A DNA stretch of 64,000 nucleotides from an uncultured bacterium (GCA_903851135.1 CAINNK010000045.1:28289-92288); one strand, 5' to 3'. Numbered from the stretch's first letter, positions 27,029 to 36,858 are shown. A program made the numbers and translations. Notes: a model not told the origin generated them from the sequence alone.

Positions 27029-28720
27029 ATGGAACAATTTTTATTCCCAGATCCAAAAACCACCCAGCCGCGAGCTCGTTTTGCCCAAAGAACGATGGAG
27101 ATAATTCCTGGCATCCTCACTTGGACAACCTTGATTGGCATGGTGGTGCTTTCTTTTGCGCTACCAATTTGGATGGCAGTTTTCATTATTCTTTTTGATA
27201 TTTATTGGATTTTCAGAACTATTTTTATTACCTATTATTCGGTGGTTGCTTATCGACGTTTTCAAAGTGGAAAAAAACTTGATTGGTGGGAGCGTTGTCA
27301 GAATATTATTCATCCTTTGGCATACAAAGAGGATTTGGCTAAACGCATTATTATATTAAAAGATATCTTGAGTGAGATGACTGCTTTTGGTGATCGTCGA
27401 AAATTAAAGCAGGAAATTGTTAGACTTGTTGAATATAAAAAAGATGTGCAGCGGCTTATTTTGGCCGGACATGAAATTTGGGATTGGCGAAAAATCGTGC
27501 ATGTGGTGCTGCTTCCGACTGCCAATGAACCGGCCGAAGTCATTGAGCCAGCTATTCAAGCGGTGATGGACTGTAATTTTCCAAATCAACAGATCATTAT
27601 TTTACTGGCAACAGAAGAGCGCGAGCCGGAAAAACAGCGAACAGAAAAGATTGATTATTTGCAAGCCAAATTTAAAGGAGTTTTTAAGGATTTTTTGGTT
27701 ACGGTGCACGAGGTTTCTGACAATGAAATGAAATGCAAAGCTTCAAATGCAACCTATGCAGCCAAAAAATTAATGACCTACTTGAATGAAAATGAGATTG
27801 ATTATACGCGGGTGATTTTTTCGAATTTCGATTGTGATAGCGTTTGTCATCGACAATATTTTGCAGCACTAACTTATGCCTATATTACTGATCCAAAACG
27901 GTTGCAGCGTTCTTATCAACCCTTGCCGATGTACCATAATAATTTGTGGGACACTAATGCTTTTGTACGCGTGATTGTGACTGGTTCTTCTTTCTGGCAT
28001 ATGTTTCAAAGCACTCGTCAGCAAATGGTGACTTTTTCTTCGCATAGTGAACCTTTTGACACCTTGGTGCGGGTGAATTTTTGGCCACTTAATATGATTA
28101 GTGAAGACTCGATTATTTATTGGAAATGTTTCACTTATTACCACGGGGACTATAAAGTAAAGCCAATTTATTTGCCCGTATCTTTGGATGCGGTGTTGGC
28201 GGAAACTTATTGGAAGACTATCAAGAATCAATATAAGCAAAAAAGACGTTGGGCTTATGGGATTGAAAATTTTCCAGTTATTATGCGAGCGATTTGGCCT
28301 GACAAAAAAATCAAAACCAGAAAAAAGCTTTCAATTGCTTTTGAGATGCTGGAAGGTCATCACTCTTGGGCAACTTCTGCTTTTATCTTGGCGGTTTTGG
28401 GATGGCTGCCATTGATTTTTGGTGGCTCAGCTTTTAATGAAAGTGTGTTGGCGCATAACTTGCCATTCGTGACTCGTTATCTGATGACCTTGGCAATGGG
28501 CGGCTTGGTTATATCTATGTTTTTAAACTTTTTTCTCTTGCCGCCGCGACCGGCAAAATATTCCAAAAAAAGATATATCTATATGTTTTTGCAATGGTTT
28601 CTAGCTCCGATTATTGCGCCTACGCTTGGCGCTTTGCCAGCCATTGATAGCCAAACGAGAATTTTGTTTGGAAAATATTTTGGTGAATTTTGGGTGACAG
28701 AAAAAGTACGAAAAAAATAG
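27029..28720 (+). CDS. Membrane-embedded family-2 glycosyltransferase (processive synthase-like, QxxRW motif)
   Basis: N-terminal TM pair, DCD/DxD-like acidic motifs, QKRRW (QxxRW) motif near residue 405, and a C-terminal TM bundle. Confidence 0.5.
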   Translation: MEQFLFPDPKTTQPRARFAQRTMEIIPGILTWTTLIGMVVLSFALPIWMAVFIILFDIYWIFRTIFITYYSVVAYRRFQSGKKLDWWERCQNIIHPLAYKEDLAKRIIILKDILSEMTAFGDRRKLKQEIVRLVEYKKDVQRLILAGHEIWDWRKIVHVVLLPTANEPAEVIEPAIQAVMDCNFPNQQIIILLATEEREPEKQRTEKIDYLQAKFKGVFKDFLVTVHEVSDNEMKCKASNATYAAKKLMTYLNENEIDYTRVIFSNFDCDSVCHRQYFAALTYAYITDPKRLQRSYQPLPMYHNNLWDTNAFVRVIVTGSSFWHMFQSTRQQMVTFSSHSEPFDTLVRVNFWPLNMISEDSIIYWKCFTYYHGDYKVKPIYLPVSLDAVLAETYWKTIKNQYKQKRRWAYGIENFPVIMRAIWPDKKIKTRKKLSIAFEMLEGHHSWATSAFILAVLGWLPLIFGGSAFNESVLAHNLPFVTRYLMTLAMGGLVISMFLNFFLLPPRPAKYSKKRYIYMFLQWFLAPIIAPTLGALPAIDSQTRILFGKYFGEFWVTEKVRKK

Positions 28721-28880
28721 CGTATTTTTCGAATATCTAGATGTTTACGTATCTGCTCTCAAATTCCTAGAGTGTATTTTCTTGAGAAAATTTTCCCTGG
28801 TCTATTTTAAGTCTTTATCACTAAAAAACTGATTGTAGGTAATTTCAGATCAAATACATAAGTCCTAGAATAAATCTTTC

Positions 28881-29918
28881 ATGGAAAGCAATATTTTTTT
28901 GACACCTTTTTTACTTGCGTTTTCTGTTGCTTTTTTTTTGCTCTTGACGCTCGTGCGATTTTTTCAAAATTATCAATTTGCGAGCACAGGCAAAAGGATA
29001 TCATTACGACATATTCATAACGTGGGAATCTCTCGTTTTGGAGGCGTGGCGATAATTTTATCTTTTGCGGCTGCTTTGTTGCTGGATAAAAAATTAGTAA
29101 TTTCCAGTCAATTGCTTGGCGTGCTTTTTGCCAGTGTGGTCATTTTGATTTTCGGCATTCTTGATGATCTGTGGCAATTGTCATGGAAAAAGCAATTATT
29201 TTTTCAAACAGGTGTAGCGCTATTTGTTTTTTTGATTGGGATTAAATTGGAATACGTGACTAACCCTTTGGGCGGAATTTTTTTTCTAGATGGAGGTTTT
29301 GGGTCAGTGCTGAATTTAATATTGGTTGTCTCTTGGATCTTGTTGATTATTAATGCTATGAATTGGGTTGATGGGGTTGATGGGGTTAGTGGCGGGATTT
29401 CAGCCATCGGCGCCTTGGCAATCTTTTTTGTTAGTTTGCGACCGGAAGTTAATCAACCGCCGGTTGCGATAATCGCAGCAGCTTTGTTGGGCTCAATATT
29501 TGCTTTTCTTGTGTTCAATTTCAATCCGGCTAAAATATTAGCCGGGACAAGTGGTAGTGTCTTTATGGGATTTATTCTGGCCATTCTGGCCTTGTTTGCT
29601 GGCGCAAAAATTGCCACCACGCTGCTTGTTTTGGCTGTTCCAATCATTGATGCGCTTTGGGTTATCAAGCGGCGTTTCAGCTCCAGGGCAAGTGTTTTTA
29701 GAGCTGACAGGCGACATCTCCATTATCGTTTGCTTGAGTTGGGTTGGTCGCAAAGAAAAATTTGCCTTTTCTATTTGTTGATTACATCATTGATAGCAAT
29801 CATGGCTCTAAACACAAGAGCGGTGGGGAAGGCGATTATTTTCTTTACCGTCATTGTTTCAATGCTTTTTGTTTATATTTTTGTTGACAAAAAAGGGCAA
29901 TCAAATAGTAATCAATAA
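28881..29918 (+). CDS. Polyprenol-phosphate sugar-1-phosphate transferase (MraY/WecA family)
   Basis: ~10 TM helices. FGILDDL (DDxxD) and NAMNWVDGVDGVSGG motifs typical of MraY/WecA. Confidence 0.7.
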   Translation: MESNIFLTPFLLAFSVAFFLLLTLVRFFQNYQFASTGKRISLRHIHNVGISRFGGVAIILSFAAALLLDKKLVISSQLLGVLFASVVILIFGILDDLWQLSWKKQLFFQTGVALFVFLIGIKLEYVTNPLGGIFFLDGGFGSVLNLILVVSWILLIINAMNWVDGVDGVSGGISAIGALAIFFVSLRPEVNQPPVAIIAAALLGSIFAFLVFNFNPAKILAGTSGSVFMGFILAILALFAGAKIATTLLVLAVPIIDALWVIKRRFSSRASVFRADRRHLHYRLLELGWSQRKICLFYLLITSLIAIMALNTRAVGKAIIFFTVIVSMLFVYIFVDKKGQSNSNQ

Positions 29919-29967
29919 CTAGTAATTAGTAACTAGTAATTAGTAAAAAGTAGGCATTGATTTTGAT

Positions 29968-30429
29968 ATGACTAGGAATAATATTTTAAAATTGGTTGGC
30001 GTGATTACTTTAGTGGTTTTGTTGGTCGGATATTTTTTTTGGAAAAATAATTTTTCCGAGAATGGTCAGTTCAATCAAATTGTGATCCGGAGGCATGTTT
30101 TTAAAGCTGAAGTTATCACTACTCAAGAAAAAAAGGAAAAAGGTCTTGGGGGAAGAAAATCAATTTGCGGTGACTGTGGGATGCTTTTTGTTTTTGATAA
30201 AGCTGGAAAGTATGCTTTTTGGATGAAAGACATGCAATTTGCGCTTGATATTCTTTGGATTAAAGATGGCAAAATAAACTTCATTGAAAAAAACGTGCAA
30301 CCTTCATTTCCAGCGACAATGACACCATCAGAAAATTCCAATCAGGTTTTAGAATTTAACGCTGGAACTGTCGATAGGCTTGGGATCATAATTGGAGATG
30401 AAGTGCTTTGGACAGATTCTGGAAACTAG
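29968..30429 (+). CDS. DUF192-family protein
   Basis: CGMLFVFDKAG...FWMKDMQFALDILWIKDGKI matches the DUF192 (COG1430) core. N-terminal signal anchor. Confidence 0.55.
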   Translation: MTRNNILKLVGVITLVVLLVGYFFWKNNFSENGQFNQIVIRRHVFKAEVITTQEKKEKGLGGRKSICGDCGMLFVFDKAGKYAFWMKDMQFALDILWIKDGKINFIEKNVQPSFPATMTPSENSNQVLEFNAGTVDRLGIIIGDEVLWTDSGN

Positions 30430-30454
30430 ATTTCAGATTATAGAATTGAATAAC

Positions 30455-30484
30455 ACAAAACCCCGTATTTACGGGGTTTTGTGT
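30455..30484. terminator. Bidirectional rho-independent terminator (ACAAAACCCCGTA-TTT-ACGGGGTTTTGTGT)
   Basis: Strong GC stem with flanking runs, between convergent genes. Confidence 0.6.
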
Positions 30485-30549
30485 TTCAAAAGAAAAAAAT
30501 TCAATTGAAGAAAAGAACGATAATTTCAGTTTAAGTTTGTTGTAATAAC

Positions 30550-31194
30550 TTACAATGTAGAAACTCTTGCTGAATATTTCTGGAGATTTTTCAGCTGTTT
30601 ATCATTCAAGTTTTTAGATTGGCTGATAGCTTTCTGAATCAAATCTTTTGAAAATTCAACGGAGGTCCCAATATGAACTCCTCCTGAATGAGTGACATTT
30701 TTTCGAAGATAGTCTTCGACATAAATCTTGTGCTCCTTAGTCAAAGCTGAATCAGCATTCTTTTCAAGATAGTTTGCTGCTGCTTGTCTAGCTAGCGTTG
30801 TCAAACCATCTCCTTTGCCGGCAGTTTCAACGAATGAACTTTCAGTTTCTTGGCTTGATGAAGCAGTTGAAACTTTTGTAGTTGAAGTGCTGGTTGAAGC
30901 TGGTTTTGCGTCAGTGTTTGAAGTGTCAGTCGCAGCGTTTTGATCTTGCGCTGTTTGATCAGAACCTGAATCAGTTGCTGTGTCAGATGTTCCTCGGTTT
31001 GAATATGAGTATATTCCGCCTGCAATTGCAACAACTATGATAATACTGACGATAATGCGCAGATTATCTTGAAACCATCTTTTAATTTGTTGATTTTTTT
31101 CATCTTGTGATTGAGGGGTGTATTCTTCCATTTGGTTGTCACCTTCCTTTCTAGCTTGCCCCGGGTGATTAGGCTGCGGTTTTTGACGCAACAA
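30550..31194 (-). CDS. Hypothetical membrane-anchored protein with Ser/Thr/Asp-rich linker
   Basis: TM segment IIVSIIIVVAIAGGIYS, a low-complexity region and a globular C-terminus. Confidence 0.4.
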   Translation of the reverse strand: MLRQKPQPNHPGQARKEGDNQMEEYTPQSQDEKNQQIKRWFQDNLRIIVSIIIVVAIAGGIYSYSNRGTSDTATDSGSDQTAQDQNAATDTSNTDAKPASTSTSTTKVSTASSSQETESSFVETAGKGDGLTTLARQAAANYLEKNADSALTKEHKIYVEDYLRKNVTHSGGVHIGTSVEFSKDLIQKAISQSKNLNDKQLKNLQKYSARVSTL

Positions 31195-31767
31195 ACCGGT
31201 CAGGGCGTTTAAAGAGATTAATTGTCAAAGGTCGCTTTCGTTGAAGCTCCCAGCTCCTAGGAATTACATGTAAAAATGATTTCTTTACATTTTATCTTAC
31301 CAAATAATACAATTGGTAAAATAAAGAACAAATATTCGAAATTCAAAAGGGCTGGCTTCTTTCCTTTAGTCTATATATTGTAACTTAGCGATTTTTGAGC
31401 GTCAACTAGACAAATACTGCCTTTTTGGGCGTAATAAAAGGCCGAAAGTGTGCAATAGCGATTGTAAAAATTAAAAATTTATAATGTTTATTTTTTAATT
31501 TGAAATACATAAAATATGAAATATAAATTTTAATTTTTAAGCTTGAAATTTATATTTGAGAATGAAGTTAAAAAATTTTTAAAAAATAATTAAATATTTT
31601 TTTTTGGATTAAATTGATTGTCTCGGATTTTGTTTTTAAAATTAAAAATATTTTTTTTGGAAAAAATAAAAAATTTGTAGAAAAACTTTTCTTTTTTAAA
31701 CTTAAAAATAAAAAGAAGATAATTTGTTGTGTATGATATAATGCAGTAATAATGGGGTTAAGAAATA

Positions 31768-31798
31768 ATTTCAAATTTCAAATTTCAAATTTCAAATT
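31768..31798. repeat. Tandem heptamer (CAAATTT)x4
   Basis: Same array as 15388-15410. Confidence 0.6.
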
Positions 31799-31807
31799 TT
31801 TTGTGAC

Positions 31808-31816
31808 TGTGGATAA
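31808..31816. promoter_or_regulatory. Perfect DnaA-box 9-mer TGTGGATAA (TTATCCACA on the other strand)
   Basis: Exact consensus R-box, but only a single copy, in the 0.9-kb AT-rich gap. Confidence 0.25.
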
Positions 31817-31968
31817 CTTTTTTGCATTGCTTTTTGAAAAATATGTATTATAATTAAACGAGTAAGAGAAAGTTTTTGATGTCATTTTCAATTAGAAAAA
31901 CATCAAGAGAAAAATAAAAATTAAAAATATTTGTTTGGATAAAAGTATGTAGTTTCAAAGATTTATTC

Positions 31969-32032
31969 TCGCACCGTTTCTTGAGATCATTCAAAAGTTT
32001 GGATGTAAAAAGAGAAACGGTGCGAGAAAAAA
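31969..32032 (+). promoter_or_regulatory. Long leader hairpin TCTCGCACCGTTTCT...AGAAACGGTGCGAGA (15-bp perfect stem), with an alternative small hairpin GCGAGA-AAAAAGA-TCTCGC
   Basis: Directly upstream of the Lys/Ala-rich gene. Mutually exclusive pairings suggest an attenuator or riboswitch-like element. Confidence 0.35.
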
Positions 32033-32088
32033 GATCTCGCTTCATGCTTGAAGAAAAAAACAAATTATTGAAAAGGAGGTGACTTAAC

Positions 32089-32259
32089 ATGGCAGTAAAA
32101 AAAGTAGCAAAAAAAGCAGTTAAGAAGGCAGCTCCTAAGAAAGTTGCAAAGAAAGCTGTAAAAAAAGCTGTAAAGAAAGCAACAAAAACTGTAAAAAAGG
32201 CAGTTAAAAAAGCAGCTCCAAAGAAAAAAGTTGCAAAAAAAGTTTCAAAGAAAAAATAA
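32089..32259 (+). CDS. Histone H1-like Lys/Ala-rich basic protein (56 aa)
   Basis: MAVKKVAKKAVKKAAPKKVAKKAVKKAVKKATKTVKKAVKKAAPKKKVAKKVSKKK. Strong RBS AAAGGAGGTGA 8 nt upstream. Below the ORF-track size cutoff. Confidence 0.55.
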   Translation: MAVKKVAKKAVKKAAPKKVAKKAVKKAVKKATKTVKKAVKKAAPKKKVAKKVSKKK

Positions 32260-32311
32260 GTTAGTTTTTGATACTTTCGTTGTTTTTTCCGATTTCATTG
32301 TAAATTGGAAT

Positions 32312-32364
32312 GCATCAACAAACTAAAGACCCTCTAATCTGGAGGGTTTTTAGTTTGTTGATGC
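32312..32364. terminator. Nested-palindrome rho-independent terminator (GCATCAACAAACTAAAG-ACCCTC-TAATCT-GGAGGGTTTTTAGTTTGTTGATGC)
   Basis: 16-bp outer stem plus inner GC stem and a T-run. Directly after the small basic gene. Confidence 0.6.
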
Positions 32365-32583
32365 ATGAGACTAGGTGGGTATATACAAATTGTTGTCTTC
32401 AGGAGCTAAGTTAGAAATTTTTACTTCCCTTATTTCCTTTTTGGGACACGCACCTTGGCTAGGAACTATAGCCAAGGGCTCAGAGTCGCTGTCACTCCTA
32501 TGGTCTAAAAAGCAAATAAGCTCGTAAAAATTCAAAGGTAAATTTCTGTCAGAATTATATATTGCGCATAATTCAGTATGAAC

Positions 32584-33492
32584 TTATGAAATTTCTATTT
32601 TACAGACCCGCCATTTGTTGGCCAAGTCTTTCAAAAATGTTACTTCCTTTGCAAAGCTGAAAATTTTTGTCATTTCTTTTTTCTGAACATGACCTATTTC
32701 GCAGAATGCTGTTATTGGGAAGTTTTTTTGTTGCAAAATATTTTTCAATTGAAAGGCTAATTCGCGATATGCATCCAGTCCATCAACTCCGGAATAGAGT
32801 GCGATATGTGGTTCATATTTCAATCCTTTCGTTTCCGTGCTTTTGAGTAAATTTTTCCATTCAAGATCCAGATAAGGAAGATTGGCGACAATAATCAGCT
32901 TTTCAGGCATTAGCTTTTTAGCTTGTAGTTTCGTAAATTCGGGGAAAAAAGGTGATAGCAAATTTCCGTGGAGGAATTTTATTTTTTTCTCGATGCCATG
33001 CAGCTTGGCATTTTTCTTGGCAAGCTTGAGCGCCTCCTTGCTAATGTCAGTCGCGTAGAAGTTCCTAGTCGTTAGTTTATGGTTCACGGTCTGTTGCAGG
33101 GTTTTAGCTATTGAAGTAATTATACATCCTGAACCTGTACCAATATCTATGATAGAAACATTTTGATTGTCTGTGAGCTGTAAGCTGTGAGCTACGCAAT
33201 CTACTAGCATTTCCGTTTCCGGTCGTGGCACTAGGGTATGTTTGCTGACAATAAAATCCAAGCCGTAAAATTCTTTGTGGCCAATCAAATAGGCAATCGG
33301 CTCACCTTTGATTCTTCTTTTGATTAACTTACTGATCACCAGTGACTGGTTGCTGGTTACTTGTTTTTCGTCGTGTATTAAAACAAACTCCCTTGTTTTA
33401 TCAAGAGAGTGAGCCAGGATAAGTTCAATGTCTAGCCGGTCGAGCTTATTTGAATATTTTTTAATAATTTCCTTGATAGTCATGAACGACAA
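32584..33492 (-). CDS. prmC: Release factor glutamine N5-methyltransferase PrmC/HemK
   Basis: SAM motif DIGTGSGCI, ANLPY (NPPY-class) motif, and position immediately downstream of prfA. Confidence 0.7.
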   Translation of the reverse strand: MSFMTIKEIIKKYSNKLDRLDIELILAHSLDKTREFVLIHDEKQVTSNQSLVISKLIKRRIKGEPIAYLIGHKEFYGLDFIVSKHTLVPRPETEMLVDCVAHSLQLTDNQNVSIIDIGTGSGCIITSIAKTLQQTVNHKLTTRNFYATDISKEALKLAKKNAKLHGIEKKIKFLHGNLLSPFFPEFTKLQAKKLMPEKLIIVANLPYLDLEWKNLLKSTETKGLKYEPHIALYSGVDGLDAYRELAFQLKNILQQKNFPITAFCEIGHVQKKEMTKIFSFAKEVTFLKDLANKWRVCKIEIS

Positions 33493-33504
33493 TTTTAAAT
33501 TAGC

Positions 33505-34587
33505 TTACGCTGTTGCTTCAACCATTTTTAATTTCGTGTCTTCTTCTTGGATAGCTGAAATAATCGGGTCAAGATCACCAGCCAAAATTCCTTCAATATT
33601 GCTCCAAGATTGCTTGATGCGGTGATCAGTAATGCGGTCTTGGGGATAATTGTAAGTTCGGATTTTTTCACTGCGATCGCCAGTGCCGATTTGGCTTTTG
33701 CGAGCATCGCCAAGTTCTTTGGCGATTTTTTCTTCTTGAGTTTGCAGCAAACGGGAGCGCAAAACTTTTAAAGCTTTGTCTTTGTTTTTCATTTGAGATT
33801 TCTCATCTTGACAAGAAACAATCACGCCAGTTGGAATGTGCGTGATACGAACAGCACTTTTGGTGGTGTTGACAGATTGTCCACCGGGACCAGATGAACA
33901 GAAGGTATCGATGCGTAAATCATTGTCATTAATAACTAGATCAACTTCTTCGGCTTCAGGTAGTACCGCTACAGTAGCGGTGGAAGTGTGAATGCGACCT
34001 TGTTTTTCAGTTTCAGGAATTCTTTGCACGCGGTGCACACCGGATTCAAATTTCATTTTGGCAAAAACCGGATTATCCTCTCTGCCATTGATTTCAAAAA
34101 CAATTTCTTTGAAACCGCCAACTTCGGTTTGATTGGAATTTAAAATTGAAATCTGCCAACGATTTTTTTCGGCGAATTTGCCATACATGCGAAAAAGACT
34201 GGCCGCAAAAAGGCTCGATTCATCGCCGCCAGCTCCACCACGAATTTCCACAATGACATTTTTGTGATCATTGGGATCTTTCGGCAGCAGCATCATTTCA
34301 ATTTCTTTTTCAATTTCTGCTTTGCGCCCGGCCAACTGAATATTTTCTTCCATAGCCATTTGTTTCATTTCTGGATCTTCCTCGGCTGCGTTGATCATTT
34401 CAGCATTTTCTTTCATGCTCTTGCTGATCTTTTCCAATTCATTGATTTTGCCAACCATTTCTGAAAGTTCGGATTGTCTTTTTCCGAGGGTGGCCATCTT
34501 TTTCGAGTCAGCCAAAATCTCCGGAGTGCTAAGTTCGGCTGTGATATCTTCGTATTCTTTTTTAATTGTGTTTAGTTTTTCATTCAT
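33505..34587 (-). CDS. prfA: Peptide chain release factor 1
   Basis: GGQ motif (SGPGGQSVNTT), RF1-type tripeptide region IPETEKQGRIHTS, coiled-coil N-terminus. Confidence 0.85.
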   Translation of the reverse strand: MNEKLNTIKKEYEDITAELSTPEILADSKKMATLGKRQSELSEMVGKINELEKISKSMKENAEMINAAEEDPEMKQMAMEENIQLAGRKAEIEKEIEMMLLPKDPNDHKNVIVEIRGGAGGDESSLFAASLFRMYGKFAEKNRWQISILNSNQTEVGGFKEIVFEINGREDNPVFAKMKFESGVHRVQRIPETEKQGRIHTSTATVAVLPEAEEVDLVINDNDLRIDTFCSSGPGGQSVNTTKSAVRITHIPTGVIVSCQDEKSQMKNKDKALKVLRSRLLQTQEEKIAKELGDARKSQIGTGDRSEKIRTYNYPQDRITDHRIKQSWSNIEGILAGDLDPIISAIQEEDTKLKMVEATA

Positions 34588-34823
34588 CTCGGTAGTAGAA
34601 ATTCAAATGAGTTACGCTCAATTAAACCTCCTTGCTACTAAAAACTTTAATATAAAACAGGTATTTTTTGTTTTTTGAAAATACTCGATTGTTTTTGAAT
34701 TCTCACTACCGAGCATAGTCACTTGATTATAGCCGATTTAAAGCCAGTTGTAAAGGCTAAAAATATAAAACAAAAACTCGCCAGAGGTCGTTAGACATGG
34801 CGAGTGAAAAGGTTATTTAGTGA

Positions 34824-35549
34824 CTAAAACTTTTGCACAAAAAACACAGAAAGAGATTCGCAGTACTTTTTGAACGCCGAATTTCTGTATACATGCTCCC
34901 ATTCGGGCTCAATGATAATGGTTGCAATCTTTTCATTGGAAACTTCTGTCGCGGTTAGATATTCATTGGATCTGAAGGGCAGACGATTTCGCATGTGATG
35001 TAGTTCAATAACCTCTTCATCTGTTGGTAACCGCCATTCATTGAAACCAGTTTTCTTATCAATTTCTTTGCCTATTTCGAGTATGCTATCGAAATTGTGT
35101 TTAATACCACTGGTAAATGGCTGAAGAAAATAAGTAAGCAACCCTCCTGGGTGTTCGCGAGTGTATCCAGCGTTGTAGCCTACAGTGTTTGGCTGATAGA
35201 AAAAAGAGACAATCCCTCCGCGATAAATATCTCCAATTTTTAAATTATTTTCTGTATCAGTTATGAGCTTTATTCTGTCGGCATGTTTTCTAATTAGCTC
35301 ATCCTTTAGTCGATGGTTGTAATCTCGTAGCCAACACGCTGGATAGATGCAATTTGGCCATGGAAGAGTCTCCATTTCAGGAGTTGATATCATAAAATCA
35401 TCTCCAATAAGTCTGACTGCGTATCCCTGTTGAAGAACGCTCTCTAGGTCTGCTTTGTTTTCAATGAGGCCTTCTCGCTTCATCCCTTGTTGGATTATTT
35501 TTTCCCAGTCTTTCATTGTGGTAGCTCCTTTTGGAATTTTATTTTTCAT
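34824..35549 (-). CDS. Hypothetical protein (241 aa)
   Basis: No recognisable motif. Confidence 0.35.
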   Translation of the reverse strand: MKNKIPKGATTMKDWEKIIQQGMKREGLIENKADLESVLQQGYAVRLIGDDFMISTPEMETLPWPNCIYPACWLRDYNHRLKDELIRKHADRIKLITDTENNLKIGDIYRGGIVSFFYQPNTVGYNAGYTREHPGGLLTYFLQPFTSGIKHNFDSILEIGKEIDKKTGFNEWRLPTDEEVIELHHMRNRLPFRSNEYLTATEVSNEKIATIIIEPEWEHVYRNSAFKKYCESLSVFFVQKF

Positions 35550-35751
35550 TAAACAGGATAAAACTTTTTTAAATGGAAATTTGGGTTGTTTTTTAAAAAA
35601 TTTTAAAGACCTTCTTTTGGTAAGATTTTTATCCTACGAAAAGACCTACTACTTTAAGACACTTTTGACAAAAAGTCAATGGATTGGTTTTTTACAAAGG
35701 CAAGGATGCAAATAAAAGGCTATTGTAAGCCTTTTGTGAATAAAGTATTTT

Positions 35752-36270
35752 TTAATTCTCAAGTTTGAATTTTTCGTGCAGGGCGGCTAGGTCTTGGTGA
35801 TCACTTTCCTTAAAACTGCGCTTAGTGATATCGTGAGTTTTAAGTAGCTGTTTGAGGCTCGCACATTGAACAGGAATTCCATTGATAATTCCTAAACCTG
35901 TGAGAGAATCTTTTTCATATCCATTCCAATATTTTTCTTCGATTACGTTTCCATTTTTATCAAAATCAAAAGCGTGCACGTCAATTTCGTGTCCTTCATC
36001 GTCACTCAAAACAAAATCCCATTTTTTGTCTTCAGCTCTTTCGACTTCTTCAAAACCTTGTGATTTTAAATATACTCTAAACTCGAGCACGTTTTTATGC
36101 TCAATGGCAATGTCTAAATCTTTATGCGGGCGAGTTTGTTTGCCAAGCAATGCGTCCACGGCCCAGCCCCCATCAAGCCAAATTTTGATTCTTAGTTTTT
36201 CTAATTCGGTATATATATTGACAACATTTTCCGAACTCATTTCATTGATTTGTTGTGATTCTGCTGGCAT
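35752..36270 (-). CDS. ANT(2'')/Lnu-family nucleotidyltransferase (aminoglycoside/lincosamide adenylyltransferase-like)
   Basis: WLDGGWAVDALLGKQTRPHKDLDIAIE closely parallels the ANT(2'')-Ia WIGGGWAIDARLGRVTRKHDDIDL NTase core. Size 172 aa fits. Confidence 0.55.
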   Translation of the reverse strand: MPAESQQINEMSSENVVNIYTELEKLRIKIWLDGGWAVDALLGKQTRPHKDLDIAIEHKNVLEFRVYLKSQGFEEVERAEDKKWDFVLSDDEGHEIDVHAFDFDKNGNVIEEKYWNGYEKDSLTGLGIINGIPVQCASLKQLLKTHDITKRSFKESDHQDLAALHEKFKLEN

Positions 36271-36387
36271 ATTTTTCTGATAATTTGAAAATAAAATTAG
36301 CCTGCTTGTTTGCTTATGTTAGCATTAAGATAAAATTTATTCAATTGTGACTTATTTTCATCTTCATGATAAAATAAACTGACTTTA

Positions 36388-36858
36388 TTGCATCTAATAT
36401 TTTTTATGGATAACGAAGCAGAATTTTTATTTGGTTTATATGAAAAGCATATCAAGGGTACACCTGCGAAAGCTATTGTTGCGGATGTGACTATTTTTCT
36501 GTGTCACCTAACAAATTCAGTTTCAAAAACATTAGAAGCAATTCCGACGACAAAAGTTTATATCAATACCAGAGTAGTGAAACATCTTTATGACAAGAAG
36601 CCAGCCGAAGAATTTGATTTCGTTGTTCGCTATTTGCACAAAATAGTGAAATATCCTGACTGTGTTTACCAGAATAAAAACCCCAAGCGGGGGCATTTTG
36701 CTTTTTTGAAAAAAATAAAAAGCGACAATTACTTGTGCTCGCTTGAAATTTCTGAAGAAGAAATTTTTGTGGTAACGGCTTTTAGGGTTCGAAAAGAAAA
36801 TTATTTGAAAGAATATGAGCTTTTAGGGAGTTGGAAGGGCGACATTCCTTCATCGTAG
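36388..36858 (+). CDS. Hypothetical protein (156 aa)
   Basis: ORF only. Real start may be the internal Met at 36409. Confidence 0.3.
   Translation: MHLIFFMDNEAEFLFGLYEKHIKGTPAKAIVADVTIFLCHLTNSVSKTLEAIPTTKVYINTRVVKHLYDKKPAEEFDFVVRYLHKIVKYPDCVYQNKNPKRGHFAFLKKIKSDNYLCSLEISEEEIFVVTAFRVRKENYLKEYELLGSWKGDIPSS

Noticed and set aside
31195-32088. Chromosomal replication origin (AT-rich, DnaA box TGTGGATAA)
   Set aside because: Only one consensus box was seen by eye, and no dnaA or dnaN genes are nearby. Kept only as a low-confidence regulatory note.
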